From the IMG/VR virus record IMGVR_UViG_3300025096_003363, positions 1-64,000 of that record: a stretch of 64,000 nucleotides of DNA. One strand, written 5' to 3'. Within the stretch, counting starts at the first letter, position 1. Every line of letters begins with the position of its first letter. Of the stretch, positions 29,518 to 39,224 are shown one piece after another. Made by a program: the position numbers and the translations under genes. This DNA comes from a virus. Under the pieces are notes generated by a model. The model worked only from the letters and a program-made list of their open reading frames with translations, ran no database searches and was not told where the DNA came from.

Positions 29518-30160
29518 AATTTTTCTTTATTAAATTAATCAATTTGACTTTATCAGAGACACCTACCACATAATTAGCATGATGCATTTTCATTTCTTTT
29601 GGAGGTATTATATTGCTTACCCCATCCCACCTATGAGTACCGTCATTATTGTCAAAGAAATTGCCTATTGTATAGTATTTTTTCTTATTAAGAAGTTTAT
29701 ACTTAACCATATCTTTAAATTGGTTTAAAGCTACCTGATCATTTACCATCTGTGTAAAGTTATTATATATCTCTGTAAATAGTTTTTTATTAGCATCATT
29801 ACCACGGGCTATAAAGAACCCCGCGCATAAAGAATTACAATCTTCTTGGCATGCTATATCATAACCTTTAACTTCTTCTAGTAAATCTTCAATAAATGGC
29901 TGGTAAAATATAATATCTGTATCAGCAAAAATAAAATAATCGTCTTTATTTTCATCTATAGCTTGCAGTATAACTTGTAGCTTATATTTCATGCTCTCAA
30001 GCCAGCCGGCTTCCATAAACTTACCCTCAACTGTGGTTTGCTTGTGATATGCAGCCCGGATAGATACTTCATCTTTAGGATATAATTTTCTTAAAGATGA
30101 TTTAAAGTAATTATCATATAGCTCTTTATGAGAATCACTATAATGAGTATATATTATCAC
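29501..30160 (-). CDS. Nucleotide-diphospho-sugar transferase (GT77-like)
   Basis: FADTDII, CAGFF, NDQVALN and HHANY motifs. Confidence 0.78.
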   Translation of the reverse strand: MIIYTHYSDSHKELYDNYFKSSLRKLYPKDEVSIRAAYHKQTTVEGKFMEAGWLESMKYKLQVILQAIDENKDDYFIFADTDIIFYQPFIEDLLEEVKGYDIACQEDCNSLCAGFFIARGNDANKKLFTEIYNNFTQMVNDQVALNQFKDMVKYKLLNKKKYYTIGNFFDNNDGTHRWDGVSNIIPPKEMKMHHANYVVGVSDKVKLINLIKKNYEDLV

Positions 30161-30885
30161 GAAATTTTTGCTTTTATAATTTCTACCTCTTTTAGGATCT
30201 CTGGCATTAATTTTTCTTCGAAGAGGTTATTATTGTCCCATACACCTTCTCTTTGTTTTTCAAGATCTATAGATGCTTGATCCTTACCGCCATATTCTGA
30301 AAAATGTAAATGTCTTATTACAATGTCGTGAAAATATATCTTTCGATTTAAAGTCTCAAATAATTTATCTAGATACGTATCATGGAATGTATTTATTTCG
30401 ATTTCTTCTACATAATGACCAATTGTTTCAACATAGTCTCGGTGTATAAAGGAGTTAACTGCCAAAGGCGCAACATTGGCGTACTTATTACCCGATCCTC
30501 TCATCCCGTCATTGCAATGAATAAGATAAAAATTATCTTGCTTGTTGGAAAACTCCTTAATTATTTTTTCATCCCAATCCGGAGTCTCAAACTTCATATC
30601 ATCGCCTACCATAGCAATAATACTATTAGTTGTTTCTTCAGCCATTCTATTCCATAGACCAGATAAACCTTTTTCCTTAAACATGTTAGCTGGAAATTCC
30701 ACTAATTGTATAAAGCTAAAATTTTGAGCGATCTTTAAATAAATATCACGCTTTGGATCATCATCATCAACACCTAAAACAAAATTAATGTTATTAATAT
30801 CTTTAGCGGTTGTAGCTATGCTGCAAATAAAGGTTAATACCTTATTAATTCTTTCTCTACTTGGACAAAACAGGTCTATTTTCAT
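30157..30885 (-). CDS. GT2-like glycosyltransferase
   Basis: CPSRER, VDDDD, GDDM...WD and HLH motifs; start placed at MKIDL. Confidence 0.72.
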   Translation of the reverse strand: MKIDLFCPSRERINKVLTFICSIATTAKDINNINFVLGVDDDDPKRDIYLKIAQNFSFIQLVEFPANMFKEKGLSGLWNRMAEETTNSIIAMVGDDMKFETPDWDEKIIKEFSNKQDNFYLIHCNDGMRGSGNKYANVAPLAVNSFIHRDYVETIGHYVEEIEINTFHDTYLDKLFETLNRKIYFHDIVIRHLHFSEYGGKDQASIDLEKQREGVWDNNNLFEEKLMPEILKEVEIIKAKIS

Positions 30886-31654
30886 TTTTAATGTTTTTAA
30901 GTTTAGCAATTACTTCTTCTACCGGTGTATCGGCAACTTCTACGGGTGATACACCATGCTTCTCTGAAAACCTTATAGCAGACTTCTGTATATTTGATTG
31001 CCAGTCTGATCTTGGTCGTATGGCGGAGTTATCTTCTGAACATGCTTGCTCTACCACATAATCTAAACTGTTTTCAATATCTGCCCACCACCAATACGGT
31101 GGACTAAAATTTGATTTAGCTAATTCATAGCTATGATCTACGTGCTCAAATGCATTAGTATACGATTCATCGTATAGCCCTACTTTATCTAAACATTCCC
31201 GTGTATAAAAACAAACAGCTCCAACGCAATGCTGATTTAAGGCAATTTTAACGTCGTTATAATCAATAATCTTACGTGGTACTGGCCTACCTCTGCTTAT
31301 TCCTGCTTTATTTGCTGGTCCGTGATAAGCAAACATGAAGTGGTGTATACCTGTTGCTTTATGAGCTTTAATATACTGCTCAAAAAGGTTATCTTTAAAC
31401 AACATATCGTCTTCTACCAAAATAATATAATCACAACCCTTCTTTAATAGGTGCTTAAAGGCCATATTCTTGGCGCGACCCACACCCTCCATTCCGGATG
31501 TTGCAATTACCGGTGATCGCGCGTCAAATATTGGCCCTTTACCATCATTAACTACAACGATATGATTATACCACTCTGTTTTAATAGACTCTCTACACTT
31601 TTTAAAGAAGTCAGGCCTATTACACGTAATAATACCAATACCTATTTGACTCAT
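30857..31654 (-). CDS. GT2-family glycosyltransferase
   Basis: IITCNR, VVNDG, GVGRAKN, LVEDD and VGLYDE..EHVD motifs. Confidence 0.88.
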   Translation of the reverse strand: MSQIGIGIITCNRPDFFKKCRESIKTEWYNHIVVVNDGKGPIFDARSPVIATSGMEGVGRAKNMAFKHLLKKGCDYIILVEDDMLFKDNLFEQYIKAHKATGIHHFMFAYHGPANKAGISRGRPVPRKIIDYNDVKIALNQHCVGAVCFYTRECLDKVGLYDESYTNAFEHVDHSYELAKSNFSPPYWWWADIENSLDYVVEQACSEDNSAIRPRSDWQSNIQKSAIRFSEKHGVSPVEVADTPVEEVIAKLKNIKNENRPVLSK

Positions 31655-32409
31655 AATGTTACTTGGGGATAATCACCGTCAGATATTCCAAACTTTTTCT
31701 TAAGCTCTTTTTCTTTTTCTTCAGATTCATGAGCACCCTGCTGTTGCTTTACTAACTCCTCTAACTGATCGATGTTTTGTTGATTGAATATAGAGCTATC
31801 ATCGCCATACATATTGCCTTCTGGTGTTATATACTCACCTATTAAGTCAATTCTTTCTTGACCCTTATCTGGAAGCAGAATTATACACGGAGAGTCGCTT
31901 TTTGGAAAGAAAATATCAGCTTCCGGGTGTTCAGTATATTGTCTGTAAAGGGAATAAAAAATATTATCTACTTCTACAATAAAATCCTTATCTGTATCAC
32001 GGAACCCGTCGTCTTGGATAGCTTGTGTAGGATCAAAGCGACATAAAAAGACAATATCAAGAGATCTCATAGACTCTCTCATTAATTTAATTTGCTTAGT
32101 TACAAATTCTTTAGTAAAGCCTTCTACTTCTTTACCATGCGCCCACATTGAATAAGCGATAGCATCCAATGAACATCTATCAAACGCAATATTGTCATCT
32201 TTGCCTGTTGATTGAACATCATCAACCATAAAGTTAAGTATCGACTCTTGTGTTGCCGTTGTTAATTTTGAAGAATGAGGTAATCCTTCTTCTTCCAGCA
32301 CATTTCTATACGTTTTTTTTGGTGTCGTATAATTTGACCACGTAAAAAGAAAGCTCTTTAAAAGTGTGGTCTTACCACTGTTCCCTGTCCCTGAAAATGC
32401 GATTCTCAT
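31651..32409 (-). CDS. P-loop nucleotide/nucleoside kinase-like protein (AAA_28/NadR-type)
   Basis: GTGNSGKTT Walker A, FDRCSLD and DDGFR motifs. Confidence 0.75.
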   Translation of the reverse strand: MRIAFSGTGNSGKTTLLKSFLFTWSNYTTPKKTYRNVLEEEGLPHSSKLTTATQESILNFMVDDVQSTGKDDNIAFDRCSLDAIAYSMWAHGKEVEGFTKEFVTKQIKLMRESMRSLDIVFLCRFDPTQAIQDDGFRDTDKDFIVEVDNIFYSLYRQYTEHPEADIFFPKSDSPCIILLPDKGQERIDLIGEYITPEGNMYGDDSSIFNQQNIDQLEELVKQQQGAHESEEKEKELKKKFGISDGDYPQVTL

Positions 32410-32424
32410 ACTATATATATTAGG

Positions 32425-33180
32425 TTATACCTTTAATGCCATATCCCAGATTAAGAGATGCAACCTAGGTGAAAAATTTACATCCATAGCTTTTGCATAT
32501 TCTGCTACAGCTGGTGCGTTTTCGATATGTTCTTTTCTGCTACCTGAACAAGGCATAAACCATATTCTATTTTTTGGAACCCGGACAGTTTTATCGTCAA
32601 CATATTTACGCCATATTTCGTTAATATCTTCATCAGACGTAATAACAAACTTAAAGCCGGATCCAACCTCTCTATGCCATTTTAACACTTCCGGTTTATA
32701 TGAACGCTCTTCGGGATCCCCGTTGGATATAAGTTTAGGTGAAGTTGTAAACGAGGCAAAAAATTCATCTAACCACCTTTCATCGGGTTTAATTGTAGCA
32801 TTGGTTTCAAAATCTATTACAGGGTGGTAATTATATTTTTTAATAAATGCTGTCATAAACTTAAGAAGCTGCTTTTGCTGGACTAGAGGCTCACCACCGG
32901 TAATTTTGAGAATAGCTCCGTTACGTAATTTGTCTACTAATTTATGCTCTTCAAAATATTTAAATATTTCATTAAATGTCATTTTGTTTTTTACAGACCA
33001 AGAGATATATGAGTCACAGCCATGCGGTGAGTCCTCTGAAGCAAAGCCTTTGCATGTTAGGTTACACATCGAAAGTCTAAAAAACACCGATGGCATGCCA
33101 ACATATTCACCCTCACCTTCAAGTGTATAAAATGCCTTATCATCAGATACAAGGAGAGTTTCTTTATTACAATCAATCAT
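32425..33180 (-). CDS. queE: 7-carboxy-7-deazaguanine synthase (radical SAM)
   Basis: FYTLEGEG, FFRLSMCNLTC..GCDS, TGGEP, ETN, SPKL and PRLH motifs. Start moved to the ATG at 33180, 7 nt after a TATAAT. Confidence 0.9.
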   Translation of the reverse strand: MIDCNKETLLVSDDKAFYTLEGEGEYVGMPSVFFRLSMCNLTCKGFASEDSPHGCDSYISWSVKNKMTFNEIFKYFEEHKLVDKLRNGAILKITGGEPLVQQKQLLKFMTAFIKKYNYHPVIDFETNATIKPDERWLDEFFASFTTSPKLISNGDPEERSYKPEVLKWHREVGSGFKFVITSDEDINEIWRKYVDDKTVRVPKNRIWFMPCSGSRKEHIENAPAVAEYAKAMDVNFSPRLHLLIWDMALKV

Positions 33181-33230
33181 TTCTTTAATTATATTAACAA
33201 CCTGGTGTGAATTCAACTAAATAATAATAC

Positions 33231-33962
33231 ATGAGTGTTAAATCTGCGCGGCTGCGTCGGGTAAGCTCTTCTGATACTGAGCTTACAGAATCCCTTGAAC
33301 ATAATTGGTTGTTTAATTTTAAAATTAAGAGGCCTTTTTACTTTAACCCCAAACATCGCGAGTTCTATAACTGTGTTAAGAACCCTAAAACAAAAATGGG
33401 GTTTGTTGATGGGCCTGCAGGTAGTATGAAGACATATATTGCTGTATACGCCGGTTTAGAATTAATAAGAGAGGAGAAGTTCCAGCGACTGGTTTACATT
33501 AGATCTGTTACAGAATCCGCAGAGAGAAGCTTAGGGTCACTTCCGGGTGAAATTGATGATAAGTTTTCACCGTATTCAATTCCTCTTGAAGAAAAGATAA
33601 CTGAAATTGCTGATCGTGGTACATATGGTATGCTTAAGCAAAAGGGTGTTGTTGAGGCTATACCTGTTAACTTTGTTAGAGGTTTAACGTTTAACAAAGC
33701 TTTAGTTATTGTTGATGAAGCACAAAATTTATCTCGTAAAGAACTAACAACAATCCTAACTAGATTTGGAAGAGATACAAAATATATTGTAATTGGTGAC
33801 TGTAATCAAGCTGATGTAAATAAATCTGGGTATAAAGAAATATTTAACATGTTTAATAATAAACAATGTACGGATAATGATATATATTCCTTTAAGTTCG
33901 GGATCTCAGAAATAGCTAGAAGTAAGATACTTCGTTTTATTTGCTCTGTATTAGGAACTTAA
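33231..33962 (+). CDS. phoH: PhoH-family ATPase
   Basis: GPAGSMKT, LGSLPG, RGLTF, DEAQN, TRFG and GDCNQAD motifs. Confidence 0.92.
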   Translation: MSVKSARLRRVSSSDTELTESLEHNWLFNFKIKRPFYFNPKHREFYNCVKNPKTKMGFVDGPAGSMKTYIAVYAGLELIREEKFQRLVYIRSVTESAERSLGSLPGEIDDKFSPYSIPLEEKITEIADRGTYGMLKQKGVVEAIPVNFVRGLTFNKALVIVDEAQNLSRKELTTILTRFGRDTKYIVIGDCNQADVNKSGYKEIFNMFNNKQCTDNDIYSFKFGISEIARSKILRFICSVLGT

Positions 33963-34663
33963 TTACCCCAAGAAGTACCTTTAAAGGGATCACTAAAATT
34001 AGTGTCTCGATCTACATCACCACCTACACGAGCTGCTTTTGGATTTTCATTGGATGAATCATCCTTTGGCTGTATAGTAGTTGTTACCGGTCCTTCCTGA
34101 TCCACATCTGCAGAAGATTCCCTTTGTTGTTGCCAATCTTTCCAAGTTTTTTCGAATTCTTCATGTGTGACATATAGTTTACCACCTTCCTCATCAACAT
34201 ATGTTGTATTCTCAGTTAAGGGCTTTGTATAACTTGCCCAATTATCCCCATGCTCTGTTACAGTAACGTTTACAACAAAACATCTCCCTTCAGTAACTTC
34301 ATCAATCCACGTATCTGCAGTTTTAAAGACCCATTCTGCAAATCTTTCAACACCTACGCCACCATCCATAATTCTAAGTTGAATTATATTCTTTTCATGA
34401 AGTGTTTTAAAAGTATCTAATTCCGGATCATCACCTGCAACTACAGTAGTATGATCAAATTGATCTCGTAAAGCTTGTTTAAGATCATCTAACCCTCCAA
34501 AGTCAACACACCAGTTTTTATCATCTAATGATTTACAGCCAAAGGTAAATTTAGCTTTAAGTTGATATCCATGCAAATATTTACAGTGGCTATGTGATGC
34601 TCTCCATTGACGAAATGCTGCAGAGCCTAATTCAATTAGTTTTGACGATGTATAAACGCTCAT
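33959..34663 (-). CDS. queD: 6-carboxy-tetrahydropterin synthase-like protein with an acidic C-terminal extension
   Basis: FRQWRA..HCKYLHGY, VDFGGL, FDHT and E..AEW; about 90 extra C-terminal residues. Confidence 0.82.
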   Translation of the reverse strand: MSVYTSSKLIELGSAAFRQWRASHSHCKYLHGYQLKAKFTFGCKSLDDKNWCVDFGGLDDLKQALRDQFDHTTVVAGDDPELDTFKTLHEKNIIQLRIMDGGVGVERFAEWVFKTADTWIDEVTEGRCFVVNVTVTEHGDNWASYTKPLTENTTYVDEEGGKLYVTHEEFEKTWKDWQQQRESSADVDQEGPVTTTIQPKDDSSNENPKAARVGGDVDRDTNFSDPFKGTSWGN

Positions 34664-34669
34664 ATTAAT

Positions 34670-34697
34670 ATTATATTATATACTGGAACGATGTCAA
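34670..34697 (-). promoter_or_regulatory. Consensus sigma70-type promoter of queD
   Basis: TTGACA-N16-TATAAT, 6 nt before the ATG. Confidence 0.8.
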
Positions 34698-34750
34698 CTA
34701 TATAGGGAAGAACTTTAAAGAGTCTCCCTCGTCCAGTCTCGGTTAATTAA

Positions 34751-35956
34751 TTAACTGGAAAGCAGAGTCAACTGTCTTAGCAGATCTTTTTGATTAGTTC
34801 CTTCTTTAATGACCCCTTGCTTAATTAATCCCGCTTTAAGCTTATCAATTTCATCATCTTGTAACTTAACACTTTCATCTCTACCGGTAATCTTTACAAT
34901 TGTTTCTGTATTAATCTTTAGCGCAGGTGCTAATGTAGCCGCGGTAATAGGTGAATTTTTGTCTTTAAAAGTTTTTATAGTCACATCAAACGGAGACAGT
35001 TTAGGTTTACTTTCTTTCTTAGGTTGCTTTGCACCTCTTATAATAGCCGTTGGATCTCCCTCCCGGTATATATCACCAAGCTTTAAGCCATCTTTTGTTC
35101 GAAATATTTCTGCTACAAACATTCCCTCGTCGTAGTCTGATGGTGTATCTTCTTTCTTTTCTTTTGTTTCTGTAAACTCTATCTCATACCCCGGTTGAGC
35201 TTCTTGTAAAGTCTTTAACAACTCTATAATAACCTCATCATCTAAACTTTCTAAAAATTTTACTCGACCCATTTTCATGTAGTCAGAAAATTCCTCTTGC
35301 TCTTCATCAGGTAAATCAACAACCCCGAGTTCAGGCTTTCCTTTATATGTAAACTCCGGAATATTTGGACGCGCCTCTGTTATATACTTGAGAAAACCTT
35401 TCATGTTTTTACTGATATACTCAGTTACGTCCCTTGCGGAATCCTCCTTAACACCAGACTTAACTAAAGAACCAATGATTTGTTTCTTCACCGACCCCTT
35501 CTTACTAACAGGGTTATATTTTCCCTCTTTACTTCTAGACCCGGGACCATGCCCCATCGCCGCTCGAGCTTCCTTTATAGTACCGGCGTCAGCACCTTCA
35601 TATTCTCTTGTACCTTTATCATATAAGACACCCTGAAACGGAATTAGGGTTACAGTTTTTGGGCCGACAATTCTACCGAGGTAACCCTTTTTACCACTAG
35701 CTTGCTGCTTTGTAATACCCTTCTTATTAATTTTAACTATTTCTATGCTCGGGTCATTAGCTAGTTCCTTTTTAAGAACCGCGATCGGTTGTTCACCCTT
35801 ATAAGATTTCGTCATTCCCTTTACAAGCTTACCGGTATCAAGATTTATACCCTGTTGAGCGGCTTGCTTTACACCCGCTGCCGCGGCTTTCGCTATTCCA
35901 CGTATCTTATCTGAAAATCCCTCTTCAAGCAGCTCCTTTTGTGACAGTTTTGCCAT
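34751..35956 (-). CDS. Hypothetical late Lys/Glu-rich protein, putative internal head protein
   Basis: TAAATA lies 6 nt upstream of MAKLSQKELLEE; several I/L-x-E sites. Confidence 0.6.
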   Translation of the reverse strand: MAKLSQKELLEEGFSDKIRGIAKAAAAGVKQAAQQGINLDTGKLVKGMTKSYKGEQPIAVLKKELANDPSIEIVKINKKGITKQQASGKKGYLGRIVGPKTVTLIPFQGVLYDKGTREYEGADAGTIKEARAAMGHGPGSRSKEGKYNPVSKKGSVKKQIIGSLVKSGVKEDSARDVTEYISKNMKGFLKYITEARPNIPEFTYKGKPELGVVDLPDEEQEEFSDYMKMGRVKFLESLDDEVIIELLKTLQEAQPGYEIEFTETKEKKEDTPSDYDEGMFVAEIFRTKDGLKLGDIYREGDPTAIIRGAKQPKKESKPKLSPFDVTIKTFKDKNSPITAATLAPALKINTETIVKITGRDESVKLQDDEIDKLKAGLIKQGVIKEGTNQKDLLRQLTLLSS

Positions 35957-36005
35957 ATACAATATTTAGTCTTGAAAACAAAAATTAATATATATAATAT
36001 AAGAT

Positions 36006-36662
36006 ATGGATCGAACTAAAGTTACTAAATTACCGACGGCTAATGGTAATATGCCTCTAACAGGTGTAGAAAAGGAAGAAATTATTGAAGATGCAGCAAA
36101 GGCTTATGAGAAGTACCTAGATGCGCTTAGAATTGACTGGCGAAACGATCCTAATAGCGATAATACACCTAAAAGAGTAGCAAAAGCTTTTGTAACTGAC
36201 TTAGCTGCTGGTTGTTATAACGAACTTCCAAATGTTACAGCATTTCCATCAGATGGATACGATGGAATGGTGTTTCAAGGTGGTATTCCTGTTAAGTCAT
36301 TTTGTTCACACCACCATTTACCGTTTTCAGGTAGAGCTCATGTAGCTTATATACCGTCTCCGAGCGGAAAGGTCATTGGATTGAGTAAATTAAACAGAAT
36401 TGTTGAGCATTATGCAAGAAGACCGCAGATTCAAGAAGGTTTAACCATGCAGATTCATAAAGCTATTGATGAAATTTGTGAAGGTAATAAAGGAGTTGCT
36501 GTTATGATTTCTGCTACTCATACATGTGCTTGTCTAAGGGGAATTAAGCACGATGGGTGTGAAATGAAGACTAGTCGACTTAGTAGTGACTTTTTAGATG
36601 ATATTGCTACTAGAAATGAGTTTTATCAGTTTGTGTCTGACTGGAGAGGTCAATGTATCTAA
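36006..36662 (+). CDS. folE: GTP cyclohydrolase I
   Basis: [32 protein letters not shown] and HTCACLRG motifs. Confidence 0.96.
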   Translation: MDRTKVTKLPTANGNMPLTGVEKEEIIEDAAKAYEKYLDALRIDWRNDPNSDNTPKRVAKAFVTDLAAGCYNELPNVTAFPSDGYDGMVFQGGIPVKSFCSHHHLPFSGRAHVAYIPSPSGKVIGLSKLNRIVEHYARRPQIQEGLTMQIHKAIDEICEGNKGVAVMISATHTCACLRGIKHDGCEMKTSRLSSDFLDDIATRNEFYQFVSDWRGQCI

Positions 36663-37099
36663 TAAGATGCCTCTATTTCTTCATCAGCGATGTTTTCTTG
36701 ACTAACATCAATAAGAGCACCTAGCTCTTTTTCAATAAAATCCTTACTTACTAAGATTTTAAATAGGTTTGTAGATCTATCGCCTACTGAAAAGGGTATA
36801 TCTTTAAATTCCTTGTTGCCGATTTTAAGATCGAAGTTAACTACAGGTCTTTCTTCAGTATTACCAGCACCGACATTAATAACAATAGTATCTACCTTAT
36901 CCTTTATAAGATGTTTGTTGTTAACTGTCTTAAAAAGCACTTTATTACCCTGCACTTGTATATCTTCCCCATGAATAACGTTAAATGCACCGTTACCAGA
37001 GTCGAGTTTTGATGGAATTTTACCAATACCATCTACATCAAAGAACTCGATGAGTCCTAAGACTTGTTTTTCTAAAAAGAACCGGTTAAAATTTTTCAT
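36659..37099 (-). CDS. Retropepsin-like protease (RimK-associated 'ATP-dependent Zn protease'/RimB-like)
   Basis: KLDSG catalytic motif, EERPVV and GDRS..FKILV. Confidence 0.75.
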   Translation of the reverse strand: MKNFNRFFLEKQVLGLIEFFDVDGIGKIPSKLDSGNGAFNVIHGEDIQVQGNKVLFKTVNNKHLIKDKVDTIVINVGAGNTEERPVVNFDLKIGNKEFKDIPFSVGDRSTNLFKILVSKDFIEKELGALIDVSQENIADEEIEASY

Positions 37100-37123
37100 A
37101 GCAACTGCTATTTATGATTATGG

Positions 37124-37471
37124 TCAAGTGTTTTCAATATCCTCGTACCCTACATTAAATTGATCCACTACTTCAACTTCATCAACTACCTCTTCACCTA
37201 TATCTACCGCTACAGAGATAGTAGCACCAGCAGCTGTAGCTAATTCAGCTATAGCACCAATTGCCTGAGCGGCTATAACCGCTATATCTGGTGTCACGTT
37301 ACCACACTCTTCCGATTCAACCTCAGGGACCGGCATTTCATCACCCGTAATAAGAGGTCCCACGGCTCCAATAGAAGCAGTTTGTGCACCATGACCTAGA
37401 CCTATACTCTCCTGTACCTTATGGTAGGCGTGTTCTAGAAGTTGTTTCTCTTTACGCTTCTCATCTCTCAT
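37124..37471 (-). CDS. Hypothetical acidic late protein
   Basis: 115 aa; TAAATA 5 nt upstream. Confidence 0.65.
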   Translation of the reverse strand: MRDEKRKEKQLLEHAYHKVQESIGLGHGAQTASIGAVGPLITGDEMPVPEVESEECGNVTPDIAVIAAQAIGAIAELATAAGATISVAVDIGEEVVDEVEVVDQFNVGYEDIENT

Positions 37472-37479
37472 ACTATTAT

Positions 37480-38019
37480 TTATGCTAGTATGGCCTTTAT
37501 TTGATCTCTATCCTCAATGGATATTTCCTCGGGTACAAAATAATCTAACGCTTCGTCAATATCTTGCTGTATTATTTGTCTTGTCTCACTACCAGATATA
37601 CCTTCCTCCTGCATTGGTATCTTTACCACATTCACATAAGGGTACTTTTCAACATTATCCTGAAAATACTTGTATCGTTTAACATCCGCATCCTTTTCAC
37701 CCGCACCAACTAACAATGTTTTATCTAAATTTGCATCAGCGAAGTCGTAAACAGCCTTTACAGGGTTAGGTACATACACAACCTCTACATTCTTATCAAA
37801 ATATCTTGAGTATATCTTCCATATTTGTTCAGACTGCTCAGGTGTAATACCTTCACGCTCCTTACCACCAATAAATACGACACCTCTATCAGCATCATCA
37901 AGCAAATACCTTAAAGCATTAAAGTGACCCTTTGTAGGCGGTTTAAATCCACCGGGAAGCAGAGCGATTCGCTCAACTCTTGTCTCCATATCTTCAAAAT
38001 ATTCTATAAATGTCCTCAT
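37480..38019 (-). CDS. HxGH nucleotidyltransferase (cytidylyltransferase/NadD/CoaD-like)
   Basis: PGGFKPPTKGH and ISGSETR motifs. Confidence 0.85.
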   Translation of the reverse strand: MRTFIEYFEDMETRVERIALLPGGFKPPTKGHFNALRYLLDDADRGVVFIGGKEREGITPEQSEQIWKIYSRYFDKNVEVVYVPNPVKAVYDFADANLDKTLLVGAGEKDADVKRYKYFQDNVEKYPYVNVVKIPMQEEGISGSETRQIIQQDIDEALDYFVPEEISIEDRDQIKAILA

Positions 38020-39224
38020 GACCCGGGTTTATCTTTTTGAAAGTTAGCTGAACTAAAATCTAATCTGTTAACAAGCTTAACAGCATTACCATCTCTATCA
38101 ACCGCTACATATCCCTCTGGAGAAGTAACTCTCAACTTACCTTCACCCTCGTCGATAAAGTGTTTAGTGTTATAAACAGCATTATTGTACTTGTTAATAA
38201 AGATTTGCTTAGCCTGTGATAATAAACTACTAACCTTAAACAGATTAACTATGTCATCCTTTTGAGCTTGGAACTGAGCTGTTTTTTGCTTAAGAGTTTC
38301 TTCTAATCTTTGCTTTCCACGCTTAGATTTTCTCTTATCAACCTCTTTATTAATTCTAGTAGTATACCATTCAATAAAGTTTCTATAAGACTCTTCTGGA
38401 TCATTTAAGAACTTACCTTCTCGAATCTCCGTATTAATATAAGGGTTGAGAAGATCAGAAGGTAAGTCCTTGTAATCTATTTTGATTGAATCAGCGGTTT
38501 TTATTAAGTCTCTAACCTGCTTTACTTCATCTTTTGTTAAATTTACAACGCCTGTATCGTCTTTAAAGTAGGCATCATCAAACCAAACACCTGGAACCTG
38601 CTTCAACCGGTTAACTTTAGCACCAAACGCCGCCGGGCTGTCTAAATCGTTATATTCTGTATGGAATATGATACCAAACACGGAGTTAGCTATCTTTTTA
38701 CCTAGATCTGAATTAGCCTCTACTGCATATTTGATCGTATTAGGTTGAAATGTGTAATGAACTACACCATCTATGTTCTCTTTCTTAACCGATGAAGAAT
38801 CAAACATAAAATCACCCTGCATTATGTTCTTAATACCTAACTTAGGTAGATATTTTAAAGCCTTCTTAAGTTTATCCGCTAAACCAGGGGCATGCCCGTG
38901 ATTAACTTCAACATCTTGGTCATTATAGTTAATTTTAGGCTCTTTATTAAAGACAGCCTTAGTACCAACAAAGAATTTACCGGTATCAGGGTGCTTTCCA
39001 GCAAAGATAGCAGGGGCTCCATCCCATTTTACCGTAGTACCGATCTTTCTTTTACTCTTTCCTTGTAAATGGCCGAGTAAATTAGTTAAAAAGCCCCTAG
39101 CCTGGTCATAACCACCCTTACCTCTTGTAAGGATCAGTTCTTCTAAGTGTGTAAGGTGTGTATTAGCCTTAGCTTCCTCGATTAACTCTAAGTAATGTTC
39201 GAAATATAGTTTAAAGTTTTTCAT
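38016..39224 (-). CDS. ATP-dependent ligase-superfamily protein (covalent nucleotidyltransferase motifs)
   Basis: Motif I TVKWDG, motif III MQGDF, motif IV PEGYV and motif V VKLV. Confidence 0.65.
   Translation of the reverse strand: MKNFKLYFEHYLELIEEAKANTHLTHLEELILTRGKGGYDQARGFLTNLLGHLQGKSKRKIGTTVKWDGAPAIFAGKHPDTGKFFVGTKAVFNKEPKINYNDQDVEVNHGHAPGLADKLKKALKYLPKLGIKNIMQGDFMFDSSSVKKENIDGVVHYTFQPNTIKYAVEANSDLGKKIANSVFGIIFHTEYNDLDSPAAFGAKVNRLKQVPGVWFDDAYFKDDTGVVNLTKDEVKQVRDLIKTADSIKIDYKDLPSDLLNPYINTEIREGKFLNDPEESYRNFIEWYTTRINKEVDKRKSKRGKQRLEETLKQKTAQFQAQKDDIVNLFKVSSLLSQAKQIFINKYNNAVYNTKHFIDEGEGKLRVTSPEGYVAVDRDGNAVKLVNRLDFSSANFQKDKPGS

Noticed and set aside
34704-34730. Imperfect hairpin GGGAAGAACTTT/AGAGTCTCCC as a terminator or riboswitch upstream of queD
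   Set aside because: No U-tract, it lies upstream of the queD promoter and so outside that transcript, and it does not resemble a preQ1 aptamer.
35545-37415. Shared E-x(4-5)-GHG motif in ORFs 34751 and 37124 and in gp23
   Set aside because: Too short to distinguish from chance without homologue alignments.
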